A stretch of 51,906 bases of DNA. Origin: Gemmatimonadales bacterium. GTDB lineage: Bacteria > Gemmatimonadota > Gemmatimonadetes > Gemmatimonadales > GWC2-71-9. The notes under the pieces were generated by a model that was not told the DNA's origin, did not search any database, and saw only the letters and a list, made by a program, of their open reading frames with translations. Numbering within the stretch: position 1 is the first letter of the stretch; every line of letters begins with the position of its first letter. The position numbers and the translations under genes were made by a program. Shown piece by piece: positions 16,504-25,989 of the stretch. The stretch lies in NCBI GenBank assembly GCA_039794085.1, contig JBDIWC010000029.1, forward strand, positions 1 through 51,906, in the 5' to 3' direction.

Positions 16504-17539
16504 CCGTCCCAGGGAAGATCAGGGGCAACGCCACGTTCGCGGTGAACATGCAGCGCGCGTTGTGGCCGCACAGCGGCACCGTGACCACCGTGTGCTTCCC
16601 GCCCAGCTTCTCGTTGACGTACTTGGCAAACGCCTGCCCCCGCGCAAGGCGGGTGGGCCCCTGGGCCATGGCGGCGCACGATCCGTCGAACCCGCCGAGC
16701 GGCAGGATATCGAGTTCGCCAAGAAGGTAGGTCACGGGCCGGGCGGCAAGCTGCCGCAGCAGCAGCTCATCGGATTGGTTGGCGGAATACCCCGACCGGT
16801 TCTGCATTCCGTAGGGCCACTGATCGTAGGTGGTGCAGCCGCGTCCCTCCCCCATCGCGCGGAACGCCGGCGCATCCTCGCGCGGCTCGGCGATGTATCC
16901 CGGGGCATTGGCGGTGAGCGCCCAGGCGGTGGAAGTGGGACGGTCGCCGGCCGGCCAGGCGTAGCTCGATGGGTTCGACACCACATACTGTACCGGCACA
17001 CCGAGCGTCTCGTGCACCCGGTTGGCCATGGCATACCGGTTCACCACCTGTCCCCCCGCGGAGTGCCCGGCCAGGACGATCGCGCGCACGTTGGGGAATG
17101 TCTCCTTGCGGGCCACCGTGCGGAGGAGCTGGTCGAGAAAGTCGAACGACGTCACCGTGGAGTCGCTGAGCGCGGGTCCTCCGGAGCGCCAGGTGCCGCA
17201 CGGCCAGCTGATCTCGTCCTCCGCCAGTGCATCGCGGCAGCCGCGGCCGTCGTTGGAAGCGATGCGCGGGGCGATGACCAGGGTATTCTCGAGCGCGCCG
17301 GCCAGGAAGGCCGCGGCCGCCGCGGACCGGAAGTAGTCGTCGCCGTTGCGACCGGCGCCATGCACCAGGATGAACACCCGGGTGATCGACTCGTTGCGCC
17401 GGTCGAGCGGAAAGGTACGGTAGACGAGGGAGCGGGACGGCCCGCCACCCAGCACGACCCACTCGGTGCACTCAGGCGCCGGGGTGGTGCAGGGGCCTGC
17501 GGCGGCGAGGGTGAGGAGCGCGATCAGCCCGGAGATCAT
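16499..17539 (-). CDS. Secreted alpha/beta hydrolase
   Basis: Signal peptide, ILVHGAGRN, GHSAGG nucleophile elbow, C-terminal CGHN. Confidence 0.88.
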   Translation of the reverse strand: MISGLIALLTLAAAGPCTTPAPECTEWVVLGGGPSRSLVYRTFPLDRRNESITRVFILVHGAGRNGDDYFRSAAAAAFLAGALENTLVIAPRIASNDGRGCRDALAEDEISWPCGTWRSGGPALSDSTVTSFDFLDQLLRTVARKETFPNVRAIVLAGHSAGGQVVNRYAMANRVHETLGVPVQYVVSNPSSYAWPAGDRPTSTAWALTANAPGYIAEPREDAPAFRAMGEGRGCTTYDQWPYGMQNRSGYSANQSDELLLRQLAARPVTYLLGELDILPLGGFDGSCAAMAQGPTRLARGQAFAKYVNEKLGGKHTVVTVPLCGHNARCMFTANVALPLIFPGTD

Positions 17540-17785
17540 GGACGGTCCTTTCGAGAGTATGGGCCCAGTCGGTTCAGGAGCTCCTCAACGGTGAGCCCAA
17601 TGTCCCGGGCGATTCGACGAAGCAGCAGGCGGAAATATCACGACCGGAATGAAAGGGAACCGTTGTTGCCTGCCGTCGGGGTGCCGGAACTGTTGATGGG
17701 ATCCGCGTTGTCGCACGAGGCGAAACCCCAACCGTTCCAGCCGCGCGACTACCTCCCGGGGCCGAAGGACCGGAAGACTTCCCAC
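17536..17785 (-). pseudogene. hicA: HicA toxin with two frameshifts
   Basis: LPVLRPREVVARLERLGFRLVRQRGSHQQFRHPDGR, then TTVPFHSGRDIS and LLRRIARDIGLTVEELL in shifted frames. Confidence 0.85.
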
Positions 17786-17788
17786 GGG

Positions 17789-17998
17789 CTAGCCGATCAG
17801 AACTGTCTGCACACCGATGAATACAGACGTCAGCTCCGGCTCGCCGTCCTCAAGGAGCATCGTCACCACTTCCTGGAGATTCCTGCGCAACTCATCCAGG
17901 CTCTCACCCTGGGAGTGCGCGCCCGGCCACCCGGAGATATGCCCGACATAGAGGTTGGTGCTTGGATCGCGTTCCACGATCGCGGTGTTGGATCTCAT
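17789..17998 (-). CDS. hicB: HicB family antitoxin
   Basis: TAIVERDPSTNLYVGHISGWPGAHSQGESLDELRRNLQEV motif. Confidence 0.88.
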   Translation of the reverse strand: MRSNTAIVERDPSTNLYVGHISGWPGAHSQGESLDELRRNLQEVVTMLLEDGEPELTSVFIGVQTVLIG

Positions 17999-18092
17999 TG
18001 GCCTTTCCTTACGATCAAAACCCCGGAAGTCAGCCCCGATGGTAAGGATGCTACCATTCTGAAAGCATGGCCGCAAGGACTCGGACATGGAA

Positions 18093-18123
18093 CCTACCGT
18101 CTGCCGCCTACCGCCTACCGCCT
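18093..18123. repeat. Heptamer tandem array (CCTACCG)
   Basis: Contains the TAG stop of the thioredoxin-like gene at 18115..18117. Confidence 0.9.
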
Positions 18124-18714
18124 CTTGGCTACCACCTGACCCTCGGGCGACGCTGACGCGTCACCCCTACTCCCTGCTCCCTGACTTTCCGGCACCAACA
18201 CCCCGGCCACGGCCAGCACCTCACGGAGCGTCGTTTCCCCCCGATCCTTGGCGTACCAGCGTCGGATCTTCGGATAGCGCTCCTCGGGCGGCAGAGTCGC
18301 CTTGTTCTCCATCACCCACGCCTGCAGCTCCGTGGGGCGGGGACCCCAGTGGCCCAGCTCCTGGAAATCCTCGTCCAGCACGATCACGATCGGAATCGAC
18401 CGCGACCCGTTGGTGAGGTAGCGATCCATGACGTCGGGGTGCTCGTCCCGCTTGATGATCCGGTGGTCCACGCAGGGCACCGCCTCGGCGAAGCGCTCCA
18501 CGATCGGCACCGTGTTTGCCGCGTCGCCGCACCAGTCCTCGGCGATCGTCAGGAGCTTGAGGGGAGGAGCCGATCCACAGATGGCATCGGCCCAGGCCGG
18601 GAGCCGGTTGGTCCGGTACACGCCCTCCCACAGGGCCTGCTGATCCACGGCCTCGGCGAGGAACCGGGTGAACGGGAGGGCTTCCTCCCAGAGTTTCTTG
18701 AAATCGGGTGTCAT
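18115..18714 (-). CDS. Thioredoxin-family protein (WCGD type)
   Basis: IAEDWCGDA, YLTNGSRSIP, WGPRP motifs. Confidence 0.88.
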   Translation of the reverse strand: MTPDFKKLWEEALPFTRFLAEAVDQQALWEGVYRTNRLPAWADAICGSAPPLKLLTIAEDWCGDAANTVPIVERFAEAVPCVDHRIIKRDEHPDVMDRYLTNGSRSIPIVIVLDEDFQELGHWGPRPTELQAWVMENKATLPPEERYPKIRRWYAKDRGETTLREVLAVAGVLVPESQGAGSRGDASASPEGQVVAKRR

Positions 18715-18789
18715 CTGGACGACCTTTTGGAGTGTCTGCTGGAGAACGACTGGAAGGATGGAGTGGTTCCCCGTTCAAGGGAAGCCCGA

Positions 18790-19097
18790 GTCATCGCGAG
18801 GGCCCGAAGGGCCCGTGGCGATCTCGTGAGCGGGCGCTGTCGACGCGCAGGGATGCCTGGACTTCCAGCCGGAGCCGGTGGGTTCCGGTGAGAAGGCCTG
18901 CCGGACGTCGAGAGGAGCCGGCATGGGCTCACGGGATTGCCGGGTCGGCTTCGCCTCCTCGCAATGACGGCGTTGGGTCCGTCATCGCGAGGGCCCGAAG
19001 GGCGGTCCGTTCCGGTGAGAAGGCCGGCCGGACGTCGAGAGGAGCCGGCATGGGCTCACGGGATTGCCGCGTCGGATTCGCCTCCTCGCAATGACGG
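18790..19097. repeat. Tandem pair of GTCATCGCGAG...CTCGCAATGAC REP-like elements
   Basis: 89-bp direct repeat at 18882..18970 and 19009..19097; both units start GTCATCGCGAGGGCCCGAAGGGC. Confidence 0.92.
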
Positions 19098-19106
19098 GAC
19101 GGGACG

Positions 19107-20246
19107 CTACTGCTCGGTGATCTTCACACCCTGCGCCGCGAGGCCATCCACGTACTCCCGGAAAGGCACGACCTCGTCGGGAGTGTGCACCCCCGTCTCC
19201 CGAATGACACCACGGGCCTGCATGAGGCCGGTGAGGGCCAGGGAGTACCCCGTCGTCCGCATCATGGCGCTGATGCCGTGGACGGTATCGTAGTAATCGA
19301 GGAGCTCGAAGGTGATCGTGACAGGTGCTCCCTCCCGCGTGCCGGACACGATGACGCGGAGCGCCACGAGATCGTGCCCCTCGGGCTTGTACAGCATCGG
19401 CTGAACCGCGGCGATGAAGAGATCCCGGGGGACCACCTGCTGGCCCCGAACGTCGATCGGCTGGTCGCTCAACAGGCCGAGTTCGCGGATCGGATGCATG
19501 ATCGCCACATGGCCCGGATAGCGCAGCGTCTTGTATTCGATGGTGGCGATCTTTCCCTCCCAGGTGAAGGGGAGGGTGCTGACGCCGCCCCCGGTGTGGA
19601 AGGCCTCCAGCGTCCCCACCGGCTCGGGAAAGGCGATCGGCTCGAGTTCGCTCAGGGCCTCGACCCGGACCGTCTTCCCGTCGCGAAGGATCCAGCTCGG
19701 CGTGGTGTAATAGTCGAGGGCTCCCTCCAGGGAGTAAACGATCTGATAATTGAGGGGGGGCTCGGGATGCTGCGGGAGCCCGCCCACATAGATGCGCACC
19801 GCGTCGGTCGTGTCGAGACGACGGATCCCCTCGGCCGAGAGGATGTTGACCATCCCGGGGGCGAGACCGCAGTCGGGAATGACGGACACGCCGCGAGCGG
19901 TGGCGGCGGCGGTCTGCTCCCGCTGCTCCATCACGATGTCGGTATTGCCGCCGAGATCCGCGAAGTGGCACCCCGATTCGATCGCGGCCCGGGTCATGTC
20001 GGCGTTGAAGTAGTAGGGAAGGGCGCAGAGGACCGCCGTGTGGCCGCTCATGAGCGCACGGACGGCGTTCGGGTCACGGGCGTCCAGCTGGGCCCTGTCC
20101 AGGCGGTTGCCGGCCTTCGCCAGGAACGGCGGCAGGGAACCCGCGCGTTGATCGGCGAGGGTCACCTGGGTGACATCGGGCTGTTGCAGGAGATGGTATG
20201 CGCAGGCGCGTCCCTGGAGTCCAGCGCCGAGAACCAGCATTTTCAT
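19107..20246 (-). CDS. Saccharopine dehydrogenase / lysine 6-dehydrogenase family protein
   Basis: VLGAGLQG Rossmann motif, FADLGGN, PDCGLAPG, EYKTLRYPGH, AMMRTTGY. Confidence 0.9.
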   Translation of the reverse strand: MKMLVLGAGLQGRACAYHLLQQPDVTQVTLADQRAGSLPPFLAKAGNRLDRAQLDARDPNAVRALMSGHTAVLCALPYYFNADMTRAAIESGCHFADLGGNTDIVMEQREQTAAATARGVSVIPDCGLAPGMVNILSAEGIRRLDTTDAVRIYVGGLPQHPEPPLNYQIVYSLEGALDYYTTPSWILRDGKTVRVEALSELEPIAFPEPVGTLEAFHTGGGVSTLPFTWEGKIATIEYKTLRYPGHVAIMHPIRELGLLSDQPIDVRGQQVVPRDLFIAAVQPMLYKPEGHDLVALRVIVSGTREGAPVTITFELLDYYDTVHGISAMMRTTGYSLALTGLMQARGVIRETGVHTPDEVVPFREYVDGLAAQGVKITEQ

Positions 20247-20309
20247 GAACAATCACTCCGGAGCAAAGTCGGTGAAAAAGCCCCGAAAGATAGTCAGGAT
20301 CGTGCTCTC

Positions 20310-20918
20310 ATGACGCCTCCCGTGCGCCGTTCCGGTCGGGGTGAGGAAACGAGGCTCCGGCTGCTGCGAGTGGCCTCGGCTCTCTACGCTGAGCGCGGCG
20401 TGCCGGGTACCACGACGGAACTTCTCGCGGCGCGGGCGGGAGTGGCCGAGGGAACGATCTATCGCCATTTCCCGGGGAAGGAGGGGCTCTACCGGGCAGC
20501 AGTGGAACAGGCGGATCGCTGGCTCCTGGGGGTCATCCGCTCGGCCGACACGGGGGATGGCGTGGAACGGTGTTTGGCCCGGATTGCCCAGAGGTTGGTG
20601 GAGACGGCGCGCCGGGAGCCGGGCCTGGCGCGCCTGGCGCTCCTTCCCCGGGAGGAGGCCCTTCTCGATACAGCCACCCGGCTCAGTGCCGAGGAGGCGC
20701 TGGGGGTTCTGCACCAGGTGCTGGTGAAGGGGAAGCAGGAGGGGAGGGTGCGCCCCGGTGCCGTGGAACATTGGGCCGCCCTCTGGTTGCACCTGGTGGG
20801 TTTTGCGGTGGCGCGGGTGGCGTCCGGCGCCTGGCCCGAGGATCATCCCCAGGTGGCCGGCACGATCGCCGCCGCGCAGCGGATGGTGCTGCAGGATGGG
20901 GGGGAGAGTAGGACATAG
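20310..20918 (+). CDS. TetR/AcrR family regulator
   Basis: LAARAGVAEGTIYRHFPGKEGL HTH; divergent from the dehydrogenase. Confidence 0.9.
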   Translation: MTPPVRRSGRGEETRLRLLRVASALYAERGVPGTTTELLAARAGVAEGTIYRHFPGKEGLYRAAVEQADRWLLGVIRSADTGDGVERCLARIAQRLVETARREPGLARLALLPREEALLDTATRLSAEEALGVLHQVLVKGKQEGRVRPGAVEHWAALWLHLVGFAVARVASGAWPEDHPQVAGTIAAAQRMVLQDGGESRT

Positions 20919-20997
20919 GACATAGGGCATAGGGCGTAGGACATAGGACATAGGACATAGGACATAGGGCGTAGGACTCAGGGCATAGGCCTATGCC
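20909..20997. repeat. Heptamer tandem array (GACATAG/GGCGTAG), 11 units plus a terminal inverted unit
   Basis: The first full unit contains the TetR TAG stop (20916..20918); same unit as at the 51661 array. Confidence 0.95.
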
Positions 20998-21033
20998 CCA
21001 GCGCTCGAGACCCGACACCAAATCCCTAACGCT

Positions 21034-21110
21034 AAACACCCGATATCCAACACCCAATACCCAACACCCGCTTCCCCAATGCGATTCACCCCTACCGCCT
21101 ACCGCCTACA
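21034..21110. repeat. Two short heptamer arrays (CAACACC; CCTACCG)
   Basis: aaacacc cgatatc caacacc caatacc caacacc; cctaccg cctaccg cctaca abutting the stop at 21111. Confidence 0.85.
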
Positions 21111-21785
21111 TCACACCACCATCTCGTAGCTGCAGCCGCGCTCCTGGACCAGCCCGATCAACAGGGTATGAGCCGGGATGAGCTTGACGCCGGGCATGAA
21201 CCCCGCGATGAGCTCGGTCCGGATATCTGCGGCGGGGCGGCCTGTGTCGGAGGCGAATTGGGCCGCGATTCCTCGCAGCGCGTTGTCGCACTGCCAGAAG
21301 ATGGCTCCGCGCGCCTGCAGCCCCTCGACGCTCGTCGAAAACGCGGGAGTGCCGGGGCGGGCCGAGTAGATGTTTCTCGTGGCCCAGGTTCCCGTGGCGG
21401 GATCGGTGACCTTCCACTTCTCTCCCAGCTCGTACCTGGCCCAGATGGCGTCGGACACGTTGATGGGGAAGGCGCTGCTCGCGATCCCGATCACGGTGTT
21501 GACCTCGGGGAACTCCTTCTTCAGCACTTCCCGGGCGGCATTCAGGTAGTTCCGGGGGACGCGGAGGGGAGTGCGCTCTCCCAGAGCGCCCATGTCGAAC
21601 ACCTGCTTGTGAGCGCCGGTGAGAGTGTCGAGCCACGACAGGTCCCACTCCTGCGAATCCACGGACTCGGGGGCCCGGCGGGAGGCGGCGACCACCACCT
21701 CGGGACGGAGGGCGGCGACCGCTCCCGCCGCGGCGAGGGTGGCCAGAAAGGCTCGGCGATCGGGGGTTGGACGGTTGGATGACAT
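21111..21785 (-). CDS. Tat-exported DsrE-like protein
   Basis: DRRAFLA Tat signal; LQARGAIFWQCDNAL and QERGCSY resemble the DsrE fold. Confidence 0.65.
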   Translation of the reverse strand: MSSNRPTPDRRAFLATLAAAGAVAALRPEVVVAASRRAPESVDSQEWDLSWLDTLTGAHKQVFDMGALGERTPLRVPRNYLNAAREVLKKEFPEVNTVIGIASSAFPINVSDAIWARYELGEKWKVTDPATGTWATRNIYSARPGTPAFSTSVEGLQARGAIFWQCDNALRGIAAQFASDTGRPAADIRTELIAGFMPGVKLIPAHTLLIGLVQERGCSYEMVV

Positions 21786-21849
21786 GAGGCACTCCTCGGA
21801 GGAGGGAATAGGGGGAACGTTAACGTGTCCGGGACCCGACGGGAAAGGG

Positions 21850-22650
21850 TCAGCGCCCGGGAAGAAAAACCGTCACCTCGCGAACCCCGGTCGGGGGAGC
21901 GGTCCACTCGATCTGCCGCGATCGTCCGCCCGCCAGGGGACGGACCACCACCGCGGAACCATTCCGCCAGGCCACGGAATCGGCACCCCAGCGGAATGGT
22001 TCCTCCACCCCGGCCACGAGGAGATGTTGCAGCCCGTCCGAAGATTCGGTGCAGAGGGTCCGCCCCGTCGCAGCGAACACATCTCCCGCCTCACAATCCA
22101 CCACCCGGGCCAGTGGTGGGTCCCCGAGCAGGACCGCGAAGGTGGAGTCGGCCATGGCACGCTCGGAATCCCCGAGTAGGGCCAGGGAGAGGTCAGCCGG
22201 AGGTGCTTGCGTGGCCAGAACGTGCTCCGACCCTCGCAAGAAGATCCGAGCACCATCCCCCGCCCAGGCCACTCCGGTGATTGGTCCCGCCCCATCCGGC
22301 ACGACGGTGGTTCGTTCGGCGCCGTTCAGCAGGTTCATGACCACGAGTTCCAGCTCTCCACCGGACAACTCACGAAGGAACGCAAGGGCCGTTCCAGCCG
22401 GGGCCAATCGAGGGAGTCGCTCAGCGGGCCGGGAAAAAGTGAGCTGCCAGGCGACGCCGCCTGCCGGGGTGCCGGCAAAGAGGTCGGTGACCCCGTCGCG
22501 ACCCTCGGCGACGAAAACCAGGAAGGGGTCCACCCCCACTTCGATCCGGCGGTCGATCGAGGTCACACCGCATCCACCGGTGAGAAGCCCCGTCGCGAGG
22601 GCGGCACCGAACCAGCGGGAGACGCCCCCGACACGAGGATCACTGGCCAA
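21850..22650 (-). CDS. Hypothetical lipoprotein with TolB-like repeat
   Basis: LLTGGC lipobox; WQLTFSRPAERLPRLAPAGTALAFLR. TTG start inferred. Confidence 0.65.
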   Translation of the reverse strand: MASDPRVGGVSRWFGAALATGLLTGGCGVTSIDRRIEVGVDPFLVFVAEGRDGVTDLFAGTPAGGVAWQLTFSRPAERLPRLAPAGTALAFLRELSGGELELVVMNLLNGAERTTVVPDGAGPITGVAWAGDGARIFLRGSEHVLATQAPPADLSLALLGDSERAMADSTFAVLLGDPPLARVVDCEAGDVFAATGRTLCTESSDGLQHLLVAGVEEPFRWGADSVAWRNGSAVVVRPLAGGRSRQIEWTAPPTGVREVTVFLPGR

Positions 22651-23461
22651 GCGTGCGTCCCACGAAGGCAAAGATGTCGTTCCAGGCCTTCTCCACCTGA
22701 TCGGTGTCATGACCGCGGCGCCCCGGCTTCAGGAAGCCATGCCCGGTGCCCGGATAGCTGTCCGGGGCAAACGATTTGCCCAGGGCGTTCATCTGCCGCA
22801 CCACCGTGGGGAGCGCGCTGTTGATCCGGGCGTCGTTCTCGCCGTAGACCCCCATGACGGGGGAGGCGATCCGCGCGATGGCGGCACTGTCGGGGGCCGG
22901 GCCATAGCAGACGATGGTGGCCTTGAGCTTGGGATTGTTGGTGGCGTAGCGGAACGACTGTCCGCCTCCCCAGCAGAACCCGATGACGCCGATGGCATCA
23001 CCCCGCACCGAGGGCTGTGCCTCCAGCCAGGCGTAGACCGCCTCCAGGTCCCGGGTGATGCCCTCCGGAGTCAACTGGGCGATCAGCTTCCGGCCCGAAT
23101 CGGCCGTCGGGGGCGACATCCCCCAGCGGGAGGAGAGGAGGTCGGGCACGATGGCCACGTACCCCCGGCCGGCGAACCGGTCGGCCACGGTCGGCTCCCA
23201 GTCGGTCATGCCAAAGACCTCGTGGATCGTGATGACGGCCGGGGCCGCGTCGGGCCGTTCCGGAAAGGCCACGTAGGCACGGATGGTGTCGGCACCATTC
23301 GGAATGCGGATCCACTCGCCGTGGGTGGTGACGGCATCGAGCGGTGTGGGGAGGGGAGCGCGAGAGCTGAACATCCACATCGCTCCGGCCCCGGTGGCGA
23401 GGGCGAGAGCGGCGATGAGGGTGTGGCTCGCGAGTCCGGACCGGTGGTGTGTCGGGGGTAT
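22640..23461 (-). CDS. Dienelactone hydrolase family protein
   Basis: IHEVFG, GVIGFCWGG, YGENDARI, GTGHGF motifs. The signal peptide extends to an ATA codon behind AGGAG; the first ATG is at 23380. Confidence 0.88.
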   Translation of the reverse strand: MPPTHHRSGLASHTLIAALALATGAGAMWMFSSRAPLPTPLDAVTTHGEWIRIPNGADTIRAYVAFPERPDAAPAVITIHEVFGMTDWEPTVADRFAGRGYVAIVPDLLSSRWGMSPPTADSGRKLIAQLTPEGITRDLEAVYAWLEAQPSVRGDAIGVIGFCWGGGQSFRYATNNPKLKATIVCYGPAPDSAAIARIASPVMGVYGENDARINSALPTVVRQMNALGKSFAPDSYPGTGHGFLKPGRRGHDTDQVEKAWNDIFAFVGRTLGQ

Positions 23462-23518
23462 GACAAGGCTCCTGAATGATGAGGGGAACGGATCAGATCG
23501 AGTATCGGGCCGAATCGG

Positions 23519-24556
23519 TCAGCGCGCAACCGGGCCGGCACTGGCGCGGAGGGCGAGACCGAAGGTGCGCATGTCGGGGAACCGGTTCCGCGGGCTTGTG
23601 GCGAGGGATCGGAGCAGCACCGATTCCAGGGCCACGGGGAGCTCGGGACGGAGGTCGGTGAGCCGCCGGGGGAAGCCGGTGAGATGGTTCATCATCAGGT
23701 CCTGGGCGGTATCCCCGGCGAAGGGGAGTTCCCCCGTCAGCATCTCGAATGCGAGCACTCCCAGGGCGTAGATGTCGCTCCGGGCGTCGAGGGGAAGGCC
23801 GCGGATCTGCTCCGGACTCATGAACTCCGGGGTGCCGAGGACGATTCCGGTCGACGTGATGCGGGCCAGGGGACCCGACGTCTCGTTGGCCTTGGCAAGC
23901 CCGAAGTCCATGACCACGGCTCGTTCCCCCCCGTCGGGCTCCGGCACCAGCACCACGTTTTCCGGTTTCAGATCGCGGTGCAGGATCCCCAGATCGTGCG
24001 CGTGCTGAAGACCGGCTGTCAATTGCACGAGGACTGCGATGGCCTCCTCGATCTCGAACCGTCCGATCCGCTCCTCGCGCGCGGCCAGGGTCTCGCCCTC
24101 CAGAAAGGGCATGACCAGATAGGTGGCTGGACCGGTGCCGCCCAGGTCGAGAATCGGGCAGATGTTGGGATGGTCGAACTGCCGGGCGAGCTCGGCCTCG
24201 CGGGTCAGGCGGGCGATGGCGTCGCCGTCGCGGGTGAGGGTGCCGAGCAGCATCTTGATGGCCACCGGGTCGTGGGTGGTTCGGTCCACGGCGCGGTACA
24301 CCGCGGCCATCCCTCCGACGGCCACTCGCTCCTCGATGGCATACCGACCATCCAGAACATCACCCGGCCGCAGCGGGTTCAGGCGGGTGACATGACGGAA
24401 GGCACCCGGCGGTGTCCGCATCGTGCGGCGCGGGGTGGTCCGAGGTGAGGCGCCGAAGAGGGGTGGGGCTCCGGGAAGGGGGGTTCCGTCCTGGGTGCAG
24501 AAACGGGCGGGGGGATCGAAGGTCCGTCCGCAGAGCGGACAGCGGAGCGACGTCAC
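23519..24556 (-). CDS. Hanks-type Ser/Thr protein kinase with N-terminal zinc ribbon
   Basis: CPLC...FCTQDG, VAIKML, HRDLKPEN, DFGLAK, GTPEFMSPEQ. Confidence 0.95.
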   Translation of the reverse strand: MTSLRCPLCGRTFDPPARFCTQDGTPLPGAPPLFGASPRTTPRRTMRTPPGAFRHVTRLNPLRPGDVLDGRYAIEERVAVGGMAAVYRAVDRTTHDPVAIKMLLGTLTRDGDAIARLTREAELARQFDHPNICPILDLGGTGPATYLVMPFLEGETLAAREERIGRFEIEEAIAVLVQLTAGLQHAHDLGILHRDLKPENVVLVPEPDGGERAVVMDFGLAKANETSGPLARITSTGIVLGTPEFMSPEQIRGLPLDARSDIYALGVLAFEMLTGELPFAGDTAQDLMMNHLTGFPRRLTDLRPELPVALESVLLRSLATSPRNRFPDMRTFGLALRASAGPVAR

Positions 24557-25989
24557 CCCTGATACCGGTTTCGGCCCGCGGCCTTGGCCCGAAGGAGGTT
24601 GGCATCGGCGCGCTCGAGCAGGGACGTGGCATCGGACACGCCATCCTCGGGCAGGGTCGCGAGGCCGATGCTGACGGTCACATGCACCGGCAGGTTGGGG
24701 CGACCGAAGGCAAAGGCATCGACCCGCTTGATGATGCGAGCCGCCATGGTGCGGGCTCCGACCGGTCCGGTTTCGGGCAGCAGGATGACGAACTCCTCCC
24801 CGCCGTATCGCGCCACGAGGTCCACGGTGCGCTGCTCCCGGCGGAAGAGGTCGCCGAGCTGGGTCAGGACGAGGTCGCCGATCTGGTGGCCGTAGGTGTC
24901 GTTCGTCGCCTTGAAGTGATCGACGTCGATCACCAGGCAGGACAGAGCCTTCCGGTAACGCAAGGCGCGGTCGACTTCCACCTGCAGCCGGGCATCGAGT
25001 GCCCGGCGATTGGAGAGACCGGTGAGCGGGTCCGTCTCGGAGAGGTGGCGAAACTGCTCCTGATCCTCGATGGCATGCTGGAGATCATAGGCCCGCTCGA
25101 TCGTCGGGAGAGCGGCCGTGATGACCTGGTCGGCGTACCCGAGGTCCTGCACGTTCAACATCGGTTCGGTCCCGACGGTGCGGAGATAGAAGACCCCCGA
25201 CCGGTCGCCCCGGACGCTGAAGGGAAGGACGATGGCGGACGTGGTGAGCACGGCCTGTCCCGCGGCTTCCCACTCGGTGCGGACCGGGGCGAGGAGGGGA
25301 TCGTGCGTGAGGGAGGTGATGATGGTGGGTGACCCCGTCTCCAGTGCCTGCCGAACCTCCGGATACCGGCTCAACGAAATCTCCATGTTGCGCAGGGTGG
25401 GGTTCTCATAGGCCGCGATCACCGTGGCGGTGTCCGGAGCGCCATCGGCCATGACAATGGAACACCGCGAGATGCGGAGGCCCTCGGCCACCCGCCGCAC
25501 CAGCACCTGAAAGATCTCGTCCGGGCTCTGGGAGGCGGTGATTTCCCGGAGGATCTCCAGGGTTTCCCCCTGCGACCGGGCGGCGGTCCGCGCCTGGTTG
25601 AGTTCCATCCCGGCCCGCAGCCGCGCCTTGACCCGCGCGAGCAGGTCCCGGATGCTGAAGGGCTTGGCCACGAAGTCCACGGCCCCGAGCCCGAGGGCCT
25701 TGACACTCGCCTCCTCCTCGGCGATCGACGAGATCATGAGGATGGGAATGCTGCGATAGCGATCATCCGCCTGAAGGCGGGCGAGCAGGTCGAAACCGCT
25801 CGCGCCGGGCAGCGAGATGTCGAGCAGGAGGAGATCGTACCGGTCCGCCTCGAGCCGGCTGAAGAGTTCGTCGCCGGAGGGGATCGACGTCACATGGTAG
25901 CCGTGCTCCGAGAGGACCCAGGCGATGGTCCGCGACAGGGCGAAGTCATCGTCGATCAGGAGGATCCGGGCCGACGGCGTCTCGGTCAC
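24553..25989 (-). CDS. Diguanylate cyclase, REC-GAF-GGDEF
   Basis: LLIDDD / LLLLDISLPG receiver domain, DPLTGLSNRR, RYGGEEF with RTVD I-site. Confidence 0.93.
   Translation of the reverse strand: MTETPSARILLIDDDFALSRTIAWVLSEHGYHVTSIPSGDELFSRLEADRYDLLLLDISLPGASGFDLLARLQADDRYRSIPILMISSIAEEEASVKALGLGAVDFVAKPFSIRDLLARVKARLRAGMELNQARTAARSQGETLEILREITASQSPDEIFQVLVRRVAEGLRISRCSIVMADGAPDTATVIAAYENPTLRNMEISLSRYPEVRQALETGSPTIITSLTHDPLLAPVRTEWEAAGQAVLTTSAIVLPFSVRGDRSGVFYLRTVGTEPMLNVQDLGYADQVITAALPTIERAYDLQHAIEDQEQFRHLSETDPLTGLSNRRALDARLQVEVDRALRYRKALSCLVIDVDHFKATNDTYGHQIGDLVLTQLGDLFRREQRTVDLVARYGGEEFVILLPETGPVGARTMAARIIKRVDAFAFGRPNLPVHVTVSIGLATLPEDGVSDATSLLERADANLLRAKAAGRNRYQG

Noticed and set aside
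18790..19097. Possible CRISPR array
   Set aside because: Only two long units, no unique regular spacers and no cas genes. The heptamer arrays also lack spacers.
19185..20309. 577-aa TetR with a long N-terminal extension
   Set aside because: The extension is antisense to the saccharopine dehydrogenase; the real start is at 20310.
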